Counted from the first letter of the stretch, positions 29,702 to 40,359 are shown. The stretch: 64,000 nucleotides of DNA from Cyanobacteriota bacterium (GCA_046045965.1 JBJOKS010000007.1:64001-128000), one strand, 5' to 3'. Numbers and translations are program-made. The notes: generated from the sequence alone by a model not told the origin.

Positions 29702-29885
29702 AGTTATCTCCTGCTAATGCTGCATAATTTTGTTTGATTTTGACTAAATAACAGCATTAGTTTAGTTATGTTTTTATTGTATAGACTTCGACTTTGAGGT
29801 ACAGTGATGAAAACCTGTGATCATAGTACGGTTTTCCGATTAAATTGCCAAAATACAATCAGGTTATGCCGTTTATATCTCTAAT

Positions 29886-30284
29886 ATGCTGCAAGATCCT
29901 AATTTGCGCCAAGCGTTAGCTATTAGTTTAGGTGCGATCGCTGGTGCTTTAAGTCGCTATTATTTAACTTTGTTGTTTGCTGCCAGATTTGGTACAAATT
30001 TTCCCTATGGCACGTTTTTTATCAATGTCAGTGGTTGTTTAGGGATGGGATTTTTTGCAACTTTGGCAGTAGAAAAAGTAGCTTTTATTTCCCCAGAATT
30101 AAGGTTAATGGTAACAACCGGTTTTTTAGGTGCATACACAACTTTTTCTACTTACGGTTTAGAATCTCTGGCTTTAATGCGGAGTGGTAATGTTTTAACT
30201 ACTACTGGTTATTGGCTTGGTAGTGCTATTTTAGGAGTTTTCTGCGTGCAGTTAGGTGTAATTTTTGCAAAGTTTTGCAGGTAA
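29886..30284 (+). CDS. crcB: Fluoride efflux channel Fluc/CrcB
   Basis: GAIAGALSRY, FPYGTF, TGFLGAYTTFST. Confidence 0.95.
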   Translation: MLQDPNLRQALAISLGAIAGALSRYYLTLLFAARFGTNFPYGTFFINVSGCLGMGFFATLAVEKVAFISPELRLMVTTGFLGAYTTFSTYGLESLALMRSGNVLTTTGYWLGSAILGVFCVQLGVIFAKFCR

Positions 30285-30289
30285 ATTGA

Positions 30290-31894
30290 TTAATAACCAG
30301 AAGTATCTCCAGCAATGGGAAAAGCATAATCTGAAAACAGGGCATAATTATTATGCTCGCCACAGGTTTCTTGATCAAGAACTTTAACAACTTTGTTATA
30401 AATGTCTTCTGCTTGTTGGGGAGAATCACCAATACTTGTTAATCCCAATTTACCAAACTGAGAAAGACAACCCATAAGATGAAATACTGTCCCGGTTTCA
30501 GTTCCGCTATCAAAATGTAATCGGTGATGAGCAATAATATCCATTAAATCATTGGGTAATAATCCCCGATAGCGGTCTTTTTGTAAGTTGTCTGTAGCAA
30601 CGTAATATTTAGCTTTTCCTTGCTGACTGTAAAATAAACCGGTGGACAAGTCATAACGTCCATTAGTTAATAATTTCAAGGTCATGAAAGGGTGAGTTGT
30701 ACCACCTTTGCGGAGGTTAATTTCTATGGCTTGAATATCCCATTTACCATTACCTTGATCAACAGCGACAAAATCAACACCGAATCTTTCTAATGTGCCT
30801 TTTTCTGCGAGTTTTTTACCTACTTGTAAACCTAATGTCTGTAATTCTAATCTATACTTTTCATCCGCAGGAAAGCGACAACCGAGATAAATTTGTCCGT
30901 CTGGACCGCCGAGAATTTGGTCATGGGTGGAGAGAATTTCTACTTCTCCATCGGGTGTAATGCGTCCTTGGACACTGGGAGAAAATTTGATTTCACCTTC
31001 AATAAATGATTCTACTATTGCGCCTAATTCTGGGATACGTTGAGAAAAATTAGCCCAGGTTTCTTTTGTGGCTTGAAAACGTAGATTTGAGAAGTTATTA
31101 ATGATTGCTGATATTCTTTCACTATGAGAACTTTTCCCAGGTGCAACATCTATCAAGGGGCGGAGATCAAAAAGTGCATTTCCTTCCCCAGAAATGCCTT
31201 CATTCAGTTTAACAACCATCCGTTTTAATGTTGGTTGACGTTCCCATAAATCAGCCGCTGCTGTTGCTAAATCTGCGGAATTCTTCACTAATTCGCTACC
31301 ATCAGGATGGGGTACACTGCTTTGAGCAAAAATTTGCCGACTACCGCTTTTTGTTCCCCAAATCTGTAAATCTGGAGCAGCAGCATACAAAGGTACATTC
31401 AATTTCAGTGATAATTCTGCTTCCCAAAAGGTGGAATTGTAACAAGCCATAAAAGCTTTATCTAACCGCAAAGCTTGACGAATTCTTTCTAGTAAGCGGG
31501 GACGTTCTAAAATCTTTTGACTGAGGGGTTTAAGGGAAGAATCATAGGTAGAAAGTAGCAATAAACGATGACGAGCATGGGAAAATGGAATTCCGGGTAG
31601 TAGTTGTAAATAGTAATCAATAATGCTGGGATGTAGTGGCATTGATGTTACATAAATTAATCTAGTGCGGGGATTTCGCAACCGGATTAAAGAAAATAGT
31701 AATCTTTCTTCATAATGTTCACACCCTTCTATTTTTTGCAGTTCCCGTTGGTCGATGCTCAAAGAAGGGATGATTAAAATATCGGCTTCGCTGTTGTCAA
31801 ATAACTCGCTTGTTTTCCAGCGATCGCGTAAAGTTAATTGTAAACTGCGAAACTTATCAATTTGCTCTAACTCGGAAATATTCATTGTCACCAT
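30290..31894 (-). CDS. PGM1-related pre-ATP-grasp/ATP-grasp peptide ligase-like protein
   Basis: YEERLLF, KLNEGISGEGN, SPSVQ, STHDQIL, EINLRKGGTTHP. Confidence 0.75.
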   Translation of the reverse strand: MVTMNISELEQIDKFRSLQLTLRDRWKTSELFDNSEADILIIPSLSIDQRELQKIEGCEHYEERLLFSLIRLRNPRTRLIYVTSMPLHPSIIDYYLQLLPGIPFSHARHRLLLLSTYDSSLKPLSQKILERPRLLERIRQALRLDKAFMACYNSTFWEAELSLKLNVPLYAAAPDLQIWGTKSGSRQIFAQSSVPHPDGSELVKNSADLATAAADLWERQPTLKRMVVKLNEGISGEGNALFDLRPLIDVAPGKSSHSERISAIINNFSNLRFQATKETWANFSQRIPELGAIVESFIEGEIKFSPSVQGRITPDGEVEILSTHDQILGGPDGQIYLGCRFPADEKYRLELQTLGLQVGKKLAEKGTLERFGVDFVAVDQGNGKWDIQAIEINLRKGGTTHPFMTLKLLTNGRYDLSTGLFYSQQGKAKYYVATDNLQKDRYRGLLPNDLMDIIAHHRLHFDSGTETGTVFHLMGCLSQFGKLGLTSIGDSPQQAEDIYNKVVKVLDQETCGEHNNYALFSDYAFPIAGDTSGY

Positions 31895-32428
31895 AACCCA
31901 TACCCCAAATATCTTCCAATTTGGCCTCACTATCTTAGGTATATCCCAAGGAAGACAGAAGAAACTGATTTTTTGTGTATCTTTTTGTGAATTTAGTAAA
32001 TAAGTTAAGATGGCAATTTTAGCTGTGATCGGTGGAGATATTACCCAAAATTAGTTTTTCTATCTATTATATAAATTCTCAAATCTGCGAAATTATCCAT
32101 ATTAGTCATCATGCAAAATCCATAATTAACACTGAATTGTAACTACATCTTAAGGTTGATAAAATTGACATTTTGTTTATTTCTAGAGAGCGATAAATAA
32201 CCGATAAATAATAGTTAAATTAAGAGCAGATGTTAAGGATAAATCCTGCATCAAAAGAGAGTTGTGTACTTGTTTTCAGTGGTTGGATTAAGAGCGTGTG
32301 AGATGTGAGGAGGAAGCTGAAAAAGCCGCGCACATTTGCCATAATTTAGTGCGGCTAATATCCGGGGTATCAAAAGTCTGAACTTGCATCTGCACTTGCA
32401 AATGTCTAGTGGGAGCCAAAGCAAAAAG

Positions 32429-32468
32429 TAAACCTTGGATCGAAAATTTCAATCCAAGGTTTATTTTT
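32429..32468 (+). terminator. Terminator-like hairpin upstream of the SDR gene
   Basis: TAAACCTTGGAT/ATCCAAGGTTTA 12-bp stem followed by TTTTT. Confidence 0.55.
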
Positions 32469-32528
32469 AATAATTGGTAATTGGTGATGGAGTATGAGGT
32501 TTTAAATCTTCGCATTTAGGAGTTAATT

Positions 32529-33386
32529 ATGCCACAAAAAACGAAATTACAACCGCCACAAACACAGGAAGCACCTGGTTTAGAATCAGAAATGAAACCA
32601 AAACCCAAAGCCGATGATGAACAATATCGGGGTAGTGGTAAATTAAAAGATAAAACTGCCTTAATTACCGGTGGAGATAGTGGTATTGGTCGTGCTGTAG
32701 CGATCGCATTTGCTAAAGAAGGTGCAGATGTAGCGATAGTTTACCTGCAAGAACATCAAGATGCTAACGAAACCAAAAATTTAGTCGCACAACATGGACG
32801 CAAAGCAGTATCTATTGTTGGTGATATTACTGATGAAAAGTTTTGTCAGCAAGCTGTAGAAAGAACAGTAGATGAGTTTGGTAAACTCGATATTCTCGTC
32901 AATAATGCTGCTGAACAACACCCGAAAAGTAACATTGAAGAAATTAGTCAAGAGCAATTAGAACGCACTTTTAGGACTAATATTTTCTCAATGTTTTACC
33001 TCACTAAAGCCGCGATGAAGTATTTGCATCAAGGAAGTGCGATCATCAATACAACATCGGTAACAGCTTATAAAGGTAATTCCCAACTATTAGATTATTC
33101 CTCGACTAAAGGTGCTATCGTTGCCTTTACTCGTTCCCTTTCACAAAATTTAGTTTCTAAGGGAATTCGTGTCAATGCTGTAGCACCTGGTCCAATTTGG
33201 ACACCTTTAATTCCTTCAACTTTTCCAGAAGAAAAAGTAGAAAGTTTTGGCGCACAAGTACCAATGGGAAGAGCGGGACAACCGGAAGAAGTAGCACCAA
33301 GTTTTGTGTTTTTAGCTGCTGATGACTCTTCCTATATGTCTGGTCAAGTTTTACATCCTAATGGTGGAGAAATAGTGAATGGGTAA
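32529..33386 (+). CDS. Short-chain dehydrogenase, general-stress YhxC/YghA-like
   Basis: ITGGDSGIGRA, NNAA, YSSTK, VAPGPIWTPL. Confidence 0.93.
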   Translation: MPQKTKLQPPQTQEAPGLESEMKPKPKADDEQYRGSGKLKDKTALITGGDSGIGRAVAIAFAKEGADVAIVYLQEHQDANETKNLVAQHGRKAVSIVGDITDEKFCQQAVERTVDEFGKLDILVNNAAEQHPKSNIEEISQEQLERTFRTNIFSMFYLTKAAMKYLHQGSAIINTTSVTAYKGNSQLLDYSSTKGAIVAFTRSLSQNLVSKGIRVNAVAPGPIWTPLIPSTFPEEKVESFGAQVPMGRAGQPEEVAPSFVFLAADDSSYMSGQVLHPNGGEIVNG

Positions 33387-33565
33387 GATATAGAAGTCTG
33401 AATATTTGTCAAGTAAAATTAGACAGGAATTATCCCAATTTGTGGGATGGGCATCCTGCCCGTCCTTTATTTTTTATATTATTTCCTCCATTAGAGGGAT
33501 GATTTAAATTGCAAGGACTGATAATCTATCTACGGAACAAAGTATAATCAAAAATAACTATATCT

Positions 33566-33823
33566 ATGGTATCACCAACACAATTACATGGTACAGAATT
33601 AGTAGATTGTGCTAGAGCAAATGCTAAACAAGGAATTACAATTGCTGCTTATCAATGTGGCTATGGTGATGATGTGAAAACATTTGCTGAAGAATTACGC
33701 TTAGCTTGTGAACTGATGAATCTAAAAGTTAAAGAACTTAGCGAACTGATTACCGACCAGGATATGATCTTAACAATGGGTACTGGGGAAATTATCGCTC
33801 CTGAGACGGCATCAGAACTTTAA
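33566..33823 (+). CDS. Small conserved-looking hypothetical protein
   Basis: 85-aa ORF, LVDCARANA...CGYG. Confidence 0.7.
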   Translation: MVSPTQLHGTELVDCARANAKQGITIAAYQCGYGDDVKTFAEELRLACELMNLKVKELSELITDQDMILTMGTGEIIAPETASEL

Positions 33824-33828
33824 AAAGA

Positions 33829-33876
<48 letters not shown>

Positions 33877-33930
33877 AATAATTTGAAGATCAGGAATTAA
33901 AATAGATGCTCCTGATGAAATTTCTATTCA

Positions 33931-34056
33931 TATCAAGTCCGGCCAATTACTTACGATATAACTCGTTGATTAGTAATTGTCTTTTCCCAATTACCAATTA
34001 CCAATTACCAATTACCAGCCTCAACAGATATGATAAGTATTCCACCGGACATAATA
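33931..34056. mobile_element. MITE-like element with internal CCAATTA STRR
   Basis: Imperfect inverted ends TATCAAGTCCGG...TACTTA / TAAGTA...CCGGACATAATA. Confidence 0.5.
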
Positions 34057-34104
34057 TCATTAATTATTACCAATCTTGAAAATTTAGAACAAGATCAATT
34101 CAGA

Positions 34105-34288
34105 AGGAACAGGGAACGGGCAACTCTTAACAGAAAAAACTCATGTTTCAAAACATGAGATTGAAATAATGACACTGTTTTTTTCGTGCTACGCATCTTG
34201 TAAAAACATCTTTTTTTGACTGAGATTTAAACTCAGAACTAAAGTTTCTTATCTGTTCCCTGTTCCCTGTTCCCTGTTCCCTGTTCCC
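34105..34288. repeat. Dispersed element bounded by inverted GGGAACA/TGTTCCC STRRs
   Basis: GGAACAGGGAAC at the left end and (CTGTTCC)n at the right; internal hairpins CTCATGTTT/AAACATGAG and CTGAG/CTCAG. Confidence 0.45.
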
Positions 34289-34298
34289 TTTTTTGTAA

Positions 34299-35846
34299 TT
34301 AGGAGAATTTTGTTAAAAATTTCAAAAGTTGCTTAGTTCTTGATGTGAGTAGTGTGCGTCGATAAGCATCCGCCGCTTTTTTAATTGCTTCTGCTTGAGT
34401 TGGGTAAGGATGAATTACACTGCTTAATTTACTCAAACCAATTTTATTCACAATGGCAGTTGTAATTTCTGAAATCATCTCCCCTGCATGACTAGCAACA
34501 ATGGTTGCACCGAGAATTTCATCAGATCCTTTTTTGTGGTGAATCTTCAAAAATCCTGATTCTTCACTATCAGCGATCGCTCGATCTACATTATTAAAAC
34601 CAATTTTGATGGTACTTATTTCCATACCCATCTTTTCCGCTTCCTCTGCATACATTCCCACATGAGCAATTTCTGGATCAGTATATGTCACCCAAGGCAT
34701 TACTAACTTACTCAGTTGAGAACGCCCCAAACCAAAAGGCGAAAATAACGTATTTTTAATTACTATTCGCGCTGCTGCATCAGCCGCATGGGTAAACTTC
34801 CAATTCATGCAGATATCACCAGCTGCATAAATATTAGGGTTGGTAGTTTGGAGATAATCATTTACCTTCACACCATGCTTTTGATCATACTCTACACCCA
34901 CCGCTTCTAAATTCAAACCTTGCACATTTGGCGCTCGTCCCGCACCTACTAAAATTTCATTGACAGTCACTGAATCTCGATTACCATTTGATGAAAAATA
35001 AAGTCGTTTTCCTTCAGTTACTGTCACCACTTCTTCTAACTGACAATTTAGCACTAAACGAATACCTTCATCAGTTAAAACCCGTTGTAAAATTTCCGCC
35101 GCTTCCCGATCTTCTTTATTCAAAATGTGAGAACTATTATGAAATAATGTCACTTCACAACCCAAACGCTGGAAAGCTTGCGCCAATTCACAACCAATTG
35201 GACCGCCACCAATTACCGCTAATTTTTCTGGTTTTTGAATCAGTGAAAAAACAGTTTCATTCGTTAAATAACCCGCAGCTTCAATACCGCGAATTTCTGG
35301 TTTAACTGCTCTTGCACCTGTGGCAATTACCGCTTTTCTAAACTTGAGAATTTGACCGTTAACTGCTATAGTATTATTACTAGCAAATTTACCACCACCC
35401 AAAAAAACATCAACTCCGATATTTTTAAATCTTGCAGCAGAATCATGATGACTAATACCTGCTCTAATTTTACGTAACCTAGCCATAACTGTGGCAAAAT
35501 CAACATCCATAAGTTGGGAAATATTCACACCTAAATCTTTAGCTTTCCATATTTCACCAACTACACGAGCAGAGCGAATTAGAGATTTAGATGGTACACA
35601 ACCGACATTTAAACAATCTCCACCCATGAGATGTTTTTCAATTAATGCTACTTTTAAACCCAAACCTAAACCCGCAGCACCCGCAGCTACAACTAATCCT
35701 GCTGTACCCGCACCAATTACTACTAAATCATAACAATCAGCAGGTTTGGGATTCACCCAATTTTCTGGATGAACGTTAGCTACCAATCTTTGATTATATT
35801 CATCCATTGGTAGAACTGTGATTCTTTCAAATTCTAAATTAGACAT
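34299..35846 (-). CDS. Mercuric-reductase-like pyridine nucleotide-disulfide oxidoreductase
   Basis: GAGTAG, GGDCLNVGCVPSK, GGGPIG, HPYPT; lacks the C-terminal Cys-Cys pair of true MerA. Confidence 0.88.
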   Translation of the reverse strand: MSNLEFERITVLPMDEYNQRLVANVHPENWVNPKPADCYDLVVIGAGTAGLVVAAGAAGLGLGLKVALIEKHLMGGDCLNVGCVPSKSLIRSARVVGEIWKAKDLGVNISQLMDVDFATVMARLRKIRAGISHHDSAARFKNIGVDVFLGGGKFASNNTIAVNGQILKFRKAVIATGARAVKPEIRGIEAAGYLTNETVFSLIQKPEKLAVIGGGPIGCELAQAFQRLGCEVTLFHNSSHILNKEDREAAEILQRVLTDEGIRLVLNCQLEEVVTVTEGKRLYFSSNGNRDSVTVNEILVGAGRAPNVQGLNLEAVGVEYDQKHGVKVNDYLQTTNPNIYAAGDICMNWKFTHAADAAARIVIKNTLFSPFGLGRSQLSKLVMPWVTYTDPEIAHVGMYAEEAEKMGMEISTIKIGFNNVDRAIADSEESGFLKIHHKKGSDEILGATIVASHAGEMISEITTAIVNKIGLSKLSSVIHPYPTQAEAIKKAADAYRRTLLTSRTKQLLKFLTKFS

Positions 35847-36051
35847 TAGTATTACCTCTAAATTATGAAGTATAAATTATTTTGTGATCGTCGTTTTGAG
35901 TGAATCTGGTGTTTTCTTTACAATACATATACCCTCAAGAAGATTTTGTCAGTTTTATATTTAACAGTTTCTTTATATAAAACTCTTTATTAGGAAAAAT
36001 ATTAAAATGATGATGATTACTCCTGACTCCTGACTCCTGAATTCTTACATT

Positions 36052-36840
36052 TTATGATACTTCTTCATCTAAAGCTTTCTTGGCTATCTTAGTGACATAA
36101 ATTGTCACTGCAACAGTGGCGATAAAACCAACAATTCTAATTATCCATGTTAGAGTAGGATTGGTAGGTTGATTTTCAGTTCCAATTAAGGCTAAATTAC
36201 CAGCTAGAGAACCGATATAAACATACATAATTGTACCAGGAATCATCCCCACACAACCGAGAAAATAATCTTTTAAAGAAACTGCTGTCACCCCAAAAGC
36301 ATAGTTTAATAAATTGAAGGGGAATATGGGAGAAAGTCTCGTTAACAAAACAATTTTTAATCCTTCTCTACCTACAGCTTGATCAATAGCAGCAAATTTT
36401 TTATTATCTGCTATTTTGCTATTCACCCAATTTCTTGCTAAATAACGTCCTACTAAAAATGCTGCTGTTGCACCTAAAGTTGCACCGATAAATACATACA
36501 AAGAACCCAAAGCAACCCCAAAGACAACTCCTGCACCTAAAGTTAAAATCGAACCTGGTAAAAACGCAATAGTCGCAATAATATAGATAGCAATAAAGGC
36601 TATTGCTCCCACAGTACCAAGGCTATCAATCCATTGTAAAGCATCTCTTAAAATAGCTTGGGGATTGAAAGAAGATATATTCACAGTTTCCTGTGCTAAA
36701 ACTAAATCTGTTTGCAATATCAAAACCATAGTTATTGCTAATAACGTTAATACTATTGTTCTTGAAAATTGATACATACGATTTTTACTAATGTACCGTT
36801 TGCATGGGTTTTGGATGAACCTAATTTTTGACAACATCAT
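36052..36840 (-). CDS. TVP38/TMEM64 (DedA/SNARE-associated) membrane protein
   Basis: PGSILTL, AFLVGRY, RLSPIFPFNLLNYAFG. Confidence 0.9.
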   Translation of the reverse strand: MMLSKIRFIQNPCKRYISKNRMYQFSRTIVLTLLAITMVLILQTDLVLAQETVNISSFNPQAILRDALQWIDSLGTVGAIAFIAIYIIATIAFLPGSILTLGAGVVFGVALGSLYVFIGATLGATAAFLVGRYLARNWVNSKIADNKKFAAIDQAVGREGLKIVLLTRLSPIFPFNLLNYAFGVTAVSLKDYFLGCVGMIPGTIMYVYIGSLAGNLALIGTENQPTNPTLTWIIRIVGFIATVAVTIYVTKIAKKALDEEVS

Positions 36841-36842
36841 AA

Positions 36843-37601
36843 TTATTTATCTACTGTTTCCACACTTTCTTTGAGAGATTTTTGAGCAATTTTGGTAATG
36901 TACACACTAACAAGAATTGTCGCCATTAAACCTACTATTTGTAGAACAAGTTGCCAAATTTGGCTTTCTGGATTAGTTGGTTGATTAGGTGTTGACATCA
37001 TGGCTAAATTAGTGCTTAGGGAACCAATATAAACGTACATGACAGTTCCCGGAATTATGCCGAATGAACCTAAAATATAATCTTTAAGAGAAACATTTGT
37101 CACCCCAAAAGCATAATTTAATAAATTGAAAGGAAACAGGGGAGAAAGACGAGTTAATAATACAATTTTCCATCCTTCTTTGGCAACTGCTTGATCAATT
37201 GCTGTAAATTTAGGATGTTTTTCTAACTTTTGACAAATCCAATCTCGTGAACAATAACGTCCTATTAAAAATGCGAAAACTGCTCCAATAAGAGCAGCAA
37301 TTAACACATATATAGAACCCCAAAATAAACCAAATAAGCAACCACCTTTTAAGGTTAATAATGAACCAGGAATAAATAATAATGTTGCCAAATTGTAGAT
37401 GATAATAAACGCAATCGGTCCCCAAACACCGAGACTTTGTACCCAAATAATTGATATTTGCAAAAGTTGTTGAATGTTAACAAATTTGGTAGTAATTATC
37501 AGGATAACAACTAGGCAAGTTAAAAATAATAATTGGAGTTTGCTGTTTAATCGGGATTTGTGCTTTGGCATCATGGAATTAACCTGATTTTTAGCAATCA
37601 T
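36843..37601 (-). CDS. TVP38/TMEM64 membrane protein (tandem paralog)
   Basis: RLSPLFPFNLLNYAFG; clearly similar to the downstream copy. Confidence 0.9.
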   Translation of the reverse strand: MIAKNQVNSMMPKHKSRLNSKLQLLFLTCLVVILIITTKFVNIQQLLQISIIWVQSLGVWGPIAFIIIYNLATLLFIPGSLLTLKGGCLFGLFWGSIYVLIAALIGAVFAFLIGRYCSRDWICQKLEKHPKFTAIDQAVAKEGWKIVLLTRLSPLFPFNLLNYAFGVTNVSLKDYILGSFGIIPGTVMYVYIGSLSTNLAMMSTPNQPTNPESQIWQLVLQIVGLMATILVSVYITKIAQKSLKESVETVDK

Positions 37602-37644
37602 TACTTATTATCTGCCGAAAGAGGGGAATTAAATGAGAAATAGC

Positions 37645-38358
37645 TTAAATTCTCCTGAATTTTTCTCCACGATACCATTTACGGATGCGTTCTGGTGAAA
37701 CACCAAATAAATAGGCAATGACTATGATTTGATTAAGTATGGTAGTCATGAAAATTCCCTTTTTTAACCATCTGCGGGGTGATGTAATTACAGGAACTCC
37801 AATAATAGCGATTTTACTTACACGTTTTAACCTGCTAATCAGTTCAAAGTCTTCCATAATAGGCATTTGGGAAAAATTGCCAATTTCCGTAAATGCTTTA
37901 TGGGTTAAAAAAATAGCTTGGTCGCCATAGGGCATTTGCCAAAGGTGCGATCGCAATTTTACTCCCCACTCTACCAAACGCAAACCCCAATGAGGTGAAT
38001 CTATCTTTAAAGCAAAAGCACCTGCTATAGTTCGTGGTTGTTGTAATGCTGTACGAATCATCTCATCAAAACCAATAGGTAAGCGGGTATCCGCATGAAG
38101 AAACAATAAAATTTCACCACTAGCCATTGCTGCACCTGTATTCATTTGTATAGCACGACTGGGAGCAGAAGAGATCACCGTTACACCTAAAGATTGAGCA
38201 ATAGCAGGTGTACCATCATTTGAACCACCATCAACAACTATTACTTCTACATTTGTACCTGATTGCGTGCTGGTAATTGCAGCTTTAATATTATTTGCTT
38301 CATTGAGAGTGGGAATAATAATAGAAATGCGGGCAGTGTTAATATCTTGATGCACCAT
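37645..38358 (-). CDS. GT2 glycosyltransferase, TIGR04283-like (arsenosugar/rSAM-associated)
   Basis: ISIIIPTLNE, VVDGGS, R.IQMN.GA, LFLHAD, PYGDQAIF, PIMED, TSPRRW. Confidence 0.85.
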   Translation of the reverse strand: MVHQDINTARISIIIPTLNEANNIKAAITSTQSGTNVEVIVVDGGSNDGTPAIAQSLGVTVISSAPSRAIQMNTGAAMASGEILLFLHADTRLPIGFDEMIRTALQQPRTIAGAFALKIDSPHWGLRLVEWGVKLRSHLWQMPYGDQAIFLTHKAFTEIGNFSQMPIMEDFELISRLKRVSKIAIIGVPVITSPRRWLKKGIFMTTILNQIIVIAYLFGVSPERIRKWYRGEKFRRI

Positions 38359-38455
38359 AATCGAAAAATGAAAACTTAAAAATTTTTGGAAAACATTAAT
38401 TTTAACAGTCATTCATCAGGATGATAGAAAATATATGCAGATATTTTAATGAACC

Positions 38456-39466
38456 ATGCTGCTATTCTTTCAAGTTATTGTGTGCATTGCTTTAGTCATT
38501 GCAGTGGGAACATGGCTTTCCCAAAGTGCTGATATTTTGGCAGAAAAAACCGGACTGGGGCGGACTTGGGTAGGTACAATTTTATTAGCCGGTGTCACCT
38601 CTTTGCCAGAGTTAGCCACAGGCACAAGTGCCATAGTCATGTTTAACTCTCCAGACCTAGCTGTGGGAGGCATCTTGGGCAGTTGTCTCTTCAATTTGCT
38701 AATTTTAGCATTACTCGATATTTACAACGGTCCTGACCCCTTATTGAAGGGAGCGCAAATTAGTCACGGACTAGCAGCAAGTTTAGGTTGTGGAATGCTG
38801 GGTGTTGCTGCTGCGGGAATGCTGTTAGCAAAAACAGGTACTAATTTAACCGTGGGATGGGTGGGTATTCCCAGCATTATTCTACTGTTACTCTACTTTG
38901 TTAGCGCCCGGACGATTGCCCAGTTTGAAACCAGAAGACGTGCAGAAGTATTAGAAGAAGAAATAGAGGCTTTTCAATATCAACACATTACAACTGTGCA
39001 AGCATATCGCAGATTTATTATCCTTTCAGTGATGATTGTGATTTTGGGTGTGTGGTTGGCGTTTTTAGGCGATCGCGTTGCAGCAGTTACAGGATTAGGA
39101 CAAAGCTTTGTGGGTGCTTTACTTTTAGCCACAGCCACATCATTACCGGAAGTAGTAGCATCCCTAGCAGCAGTTAAACTTAATGCCGTAGATTTAGCAG
39201 TATCTAACGTTTTTGGTTCCAATATCACCAATTTAGCAATTTTGGGCTTTTTTGATTTCGTATATTTACAGGGTAGCCTGTGGTCAAACATCAGTCAAAT
39301 ACATATTTTCACTACTGTTATAGCCATGATTATGACTTCCGTCGCCATCACAGGATTGATTTATCATGCTGTTAGTCGTTCCCGTATGTATCTCACTTGG
39401 GATGGATTAGCTCTGATTATCCTTTATATTGGCGGTATGTACGTTATTTACCGCAATCTATTTTGA
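38456..39466 (+). CDS. Sodium:calcium antiporter family
   Basis: Two alpha repeats, TSLPE...GS(C/N). Confidence 0.9.
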   Translation: MLLFFQVIVCIALVIAVGTWLSQSADILAEKTGLGRTWVGTILLAGVTSLPELATGTSAIVMFNSPDLAVGGILGSCLFNLLILALLDIYNGPDPLLKGAQISHGLAASLGCGMLGVAAAGMLLAKTGTNLTVGWVGIPSIILLLLYFVSARTIAQFETRRRAEVLEEEIEAFQYQHITTVQAYRRFIILSVMIVILGVWLAFLGDRVAAVTGLGQSFVGALLLATATSLPEVVASLAAVKLNAVDLAVSNVFGSNITNLAILGFFDFVYLQGSLWSNISQIHIFTTVIAMIMTSVAITGLIYHAVSRSRMYLTWDGLALIILYIGGMYVIYRNLF

Positions 39467-39618
39467 ATTTTTGCCTTGGAAGTAATGGGTTAGTGTAGCG
39501 ATATGATAAAGTTAATTTTTGAAAGTAGAAACTGATTTAGGTAGAGGGAAATCTTATCTCTCCCCCTACAAATGCTTTGCGTCAGCATCAGCTTTTGAAG
39601 TTTGGGTAAAACTTTAGA

Positions 39619-40359
39619 TTAAACAATTGCACTTGCATGCTTGGTATTATTGCTATTCTTGCGTTTTTTGGTGACTCCAAAGGCTGCAAGACCAGTCAGT
39701 AATAGTGCGCCTGTTGTGGTGGGTTCAGGTACGCTTGTAACAGGTGGTTGTGGTGGTACGGTGCTTAGTGGATTATTTACAAAGGCTTCAGAACCACCAC
39801 CGGCAAAACCTTGGACGTGAAAACCAACGCGCAAATCGCCACTGCTTAAATCATCAAAAACATTCTGTAAAGTTTTTCCTGGAGCTAAGTTAAAGAGAAC
39901 GCTAACCCATTCCCCTGGATTGACACCGTTTGGTTGTACTGGGTTATTAGGCTTCACACCAAATTCTTCTGTAAAGTTAACATTGGGATCATTTCCGCTT
40001 GGCAGGTTTAGATTTCCTGTAGCAACTGAAAAGCTTACCCCTGCACCACTGTCAATAATTGGGGTAACAATACTTGATAAACTATCCAACAAATCCTCAA
40101 AGTAAATTTGTGTGATTGAGGATGCTGCTGGACCTACATTACTAAACCTAAATAAGGCTTGGTTAGATGTGAGGGTTTCGCCACCAGTAGCATCTGTGAC
40201 ATCTAAGAACAACTGAGTTTCTCCCACCAAGGCGTCGGCCGCGTTATTACCACTGATATTATCAAATGTTAACTGCACAGCTTTAGCTGGTGCAGCAATT
40301 AAAGCAGAACCGATAGAAACAGCAGTCAATAGGATAGAAGAAGCAATAATGTTTTTCAT
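39619..40359 (-). CDS. PEP-CTERM sorting domain protein
   Basis: Signal peptide; C-terminal VPEP, TM helix, KKRK. Confidence 0.9.
   Translation of the reverse strand: MKNIIASSILLTAVSIGSALIAAPAKAVQLTFDNISGNNAADALVGETQLFLDVTDATGGETLTSNQALFRFSNVGPAASSITQIYFEDLLDSLSSIVTPIIDSGAGVSFSVATGNLNLPSGNDPNVNFTEEFGVKPNNPVQPNGVNPGEWVSVLFNLAPGKTLQNVFDDLSSGDLRVGFHVQGFAGGGSEAFVNNPLSTVPPQPPVTSVPEPTTTGALLLTGLAAFGVTKKRKNSNNTKHASAIV

Noticed and set aside
29760..29885. Fluoride riboswitch upstream of crcB
   Set aside because: The GATGG..TTC...CT(G/A)ATG..CCTAC pseudoknot pattern could not be found
34299..35846. merA mercury resistance gene
   Set aside because: No C-terminal Cys pair, and no merR/merT/merP nearby
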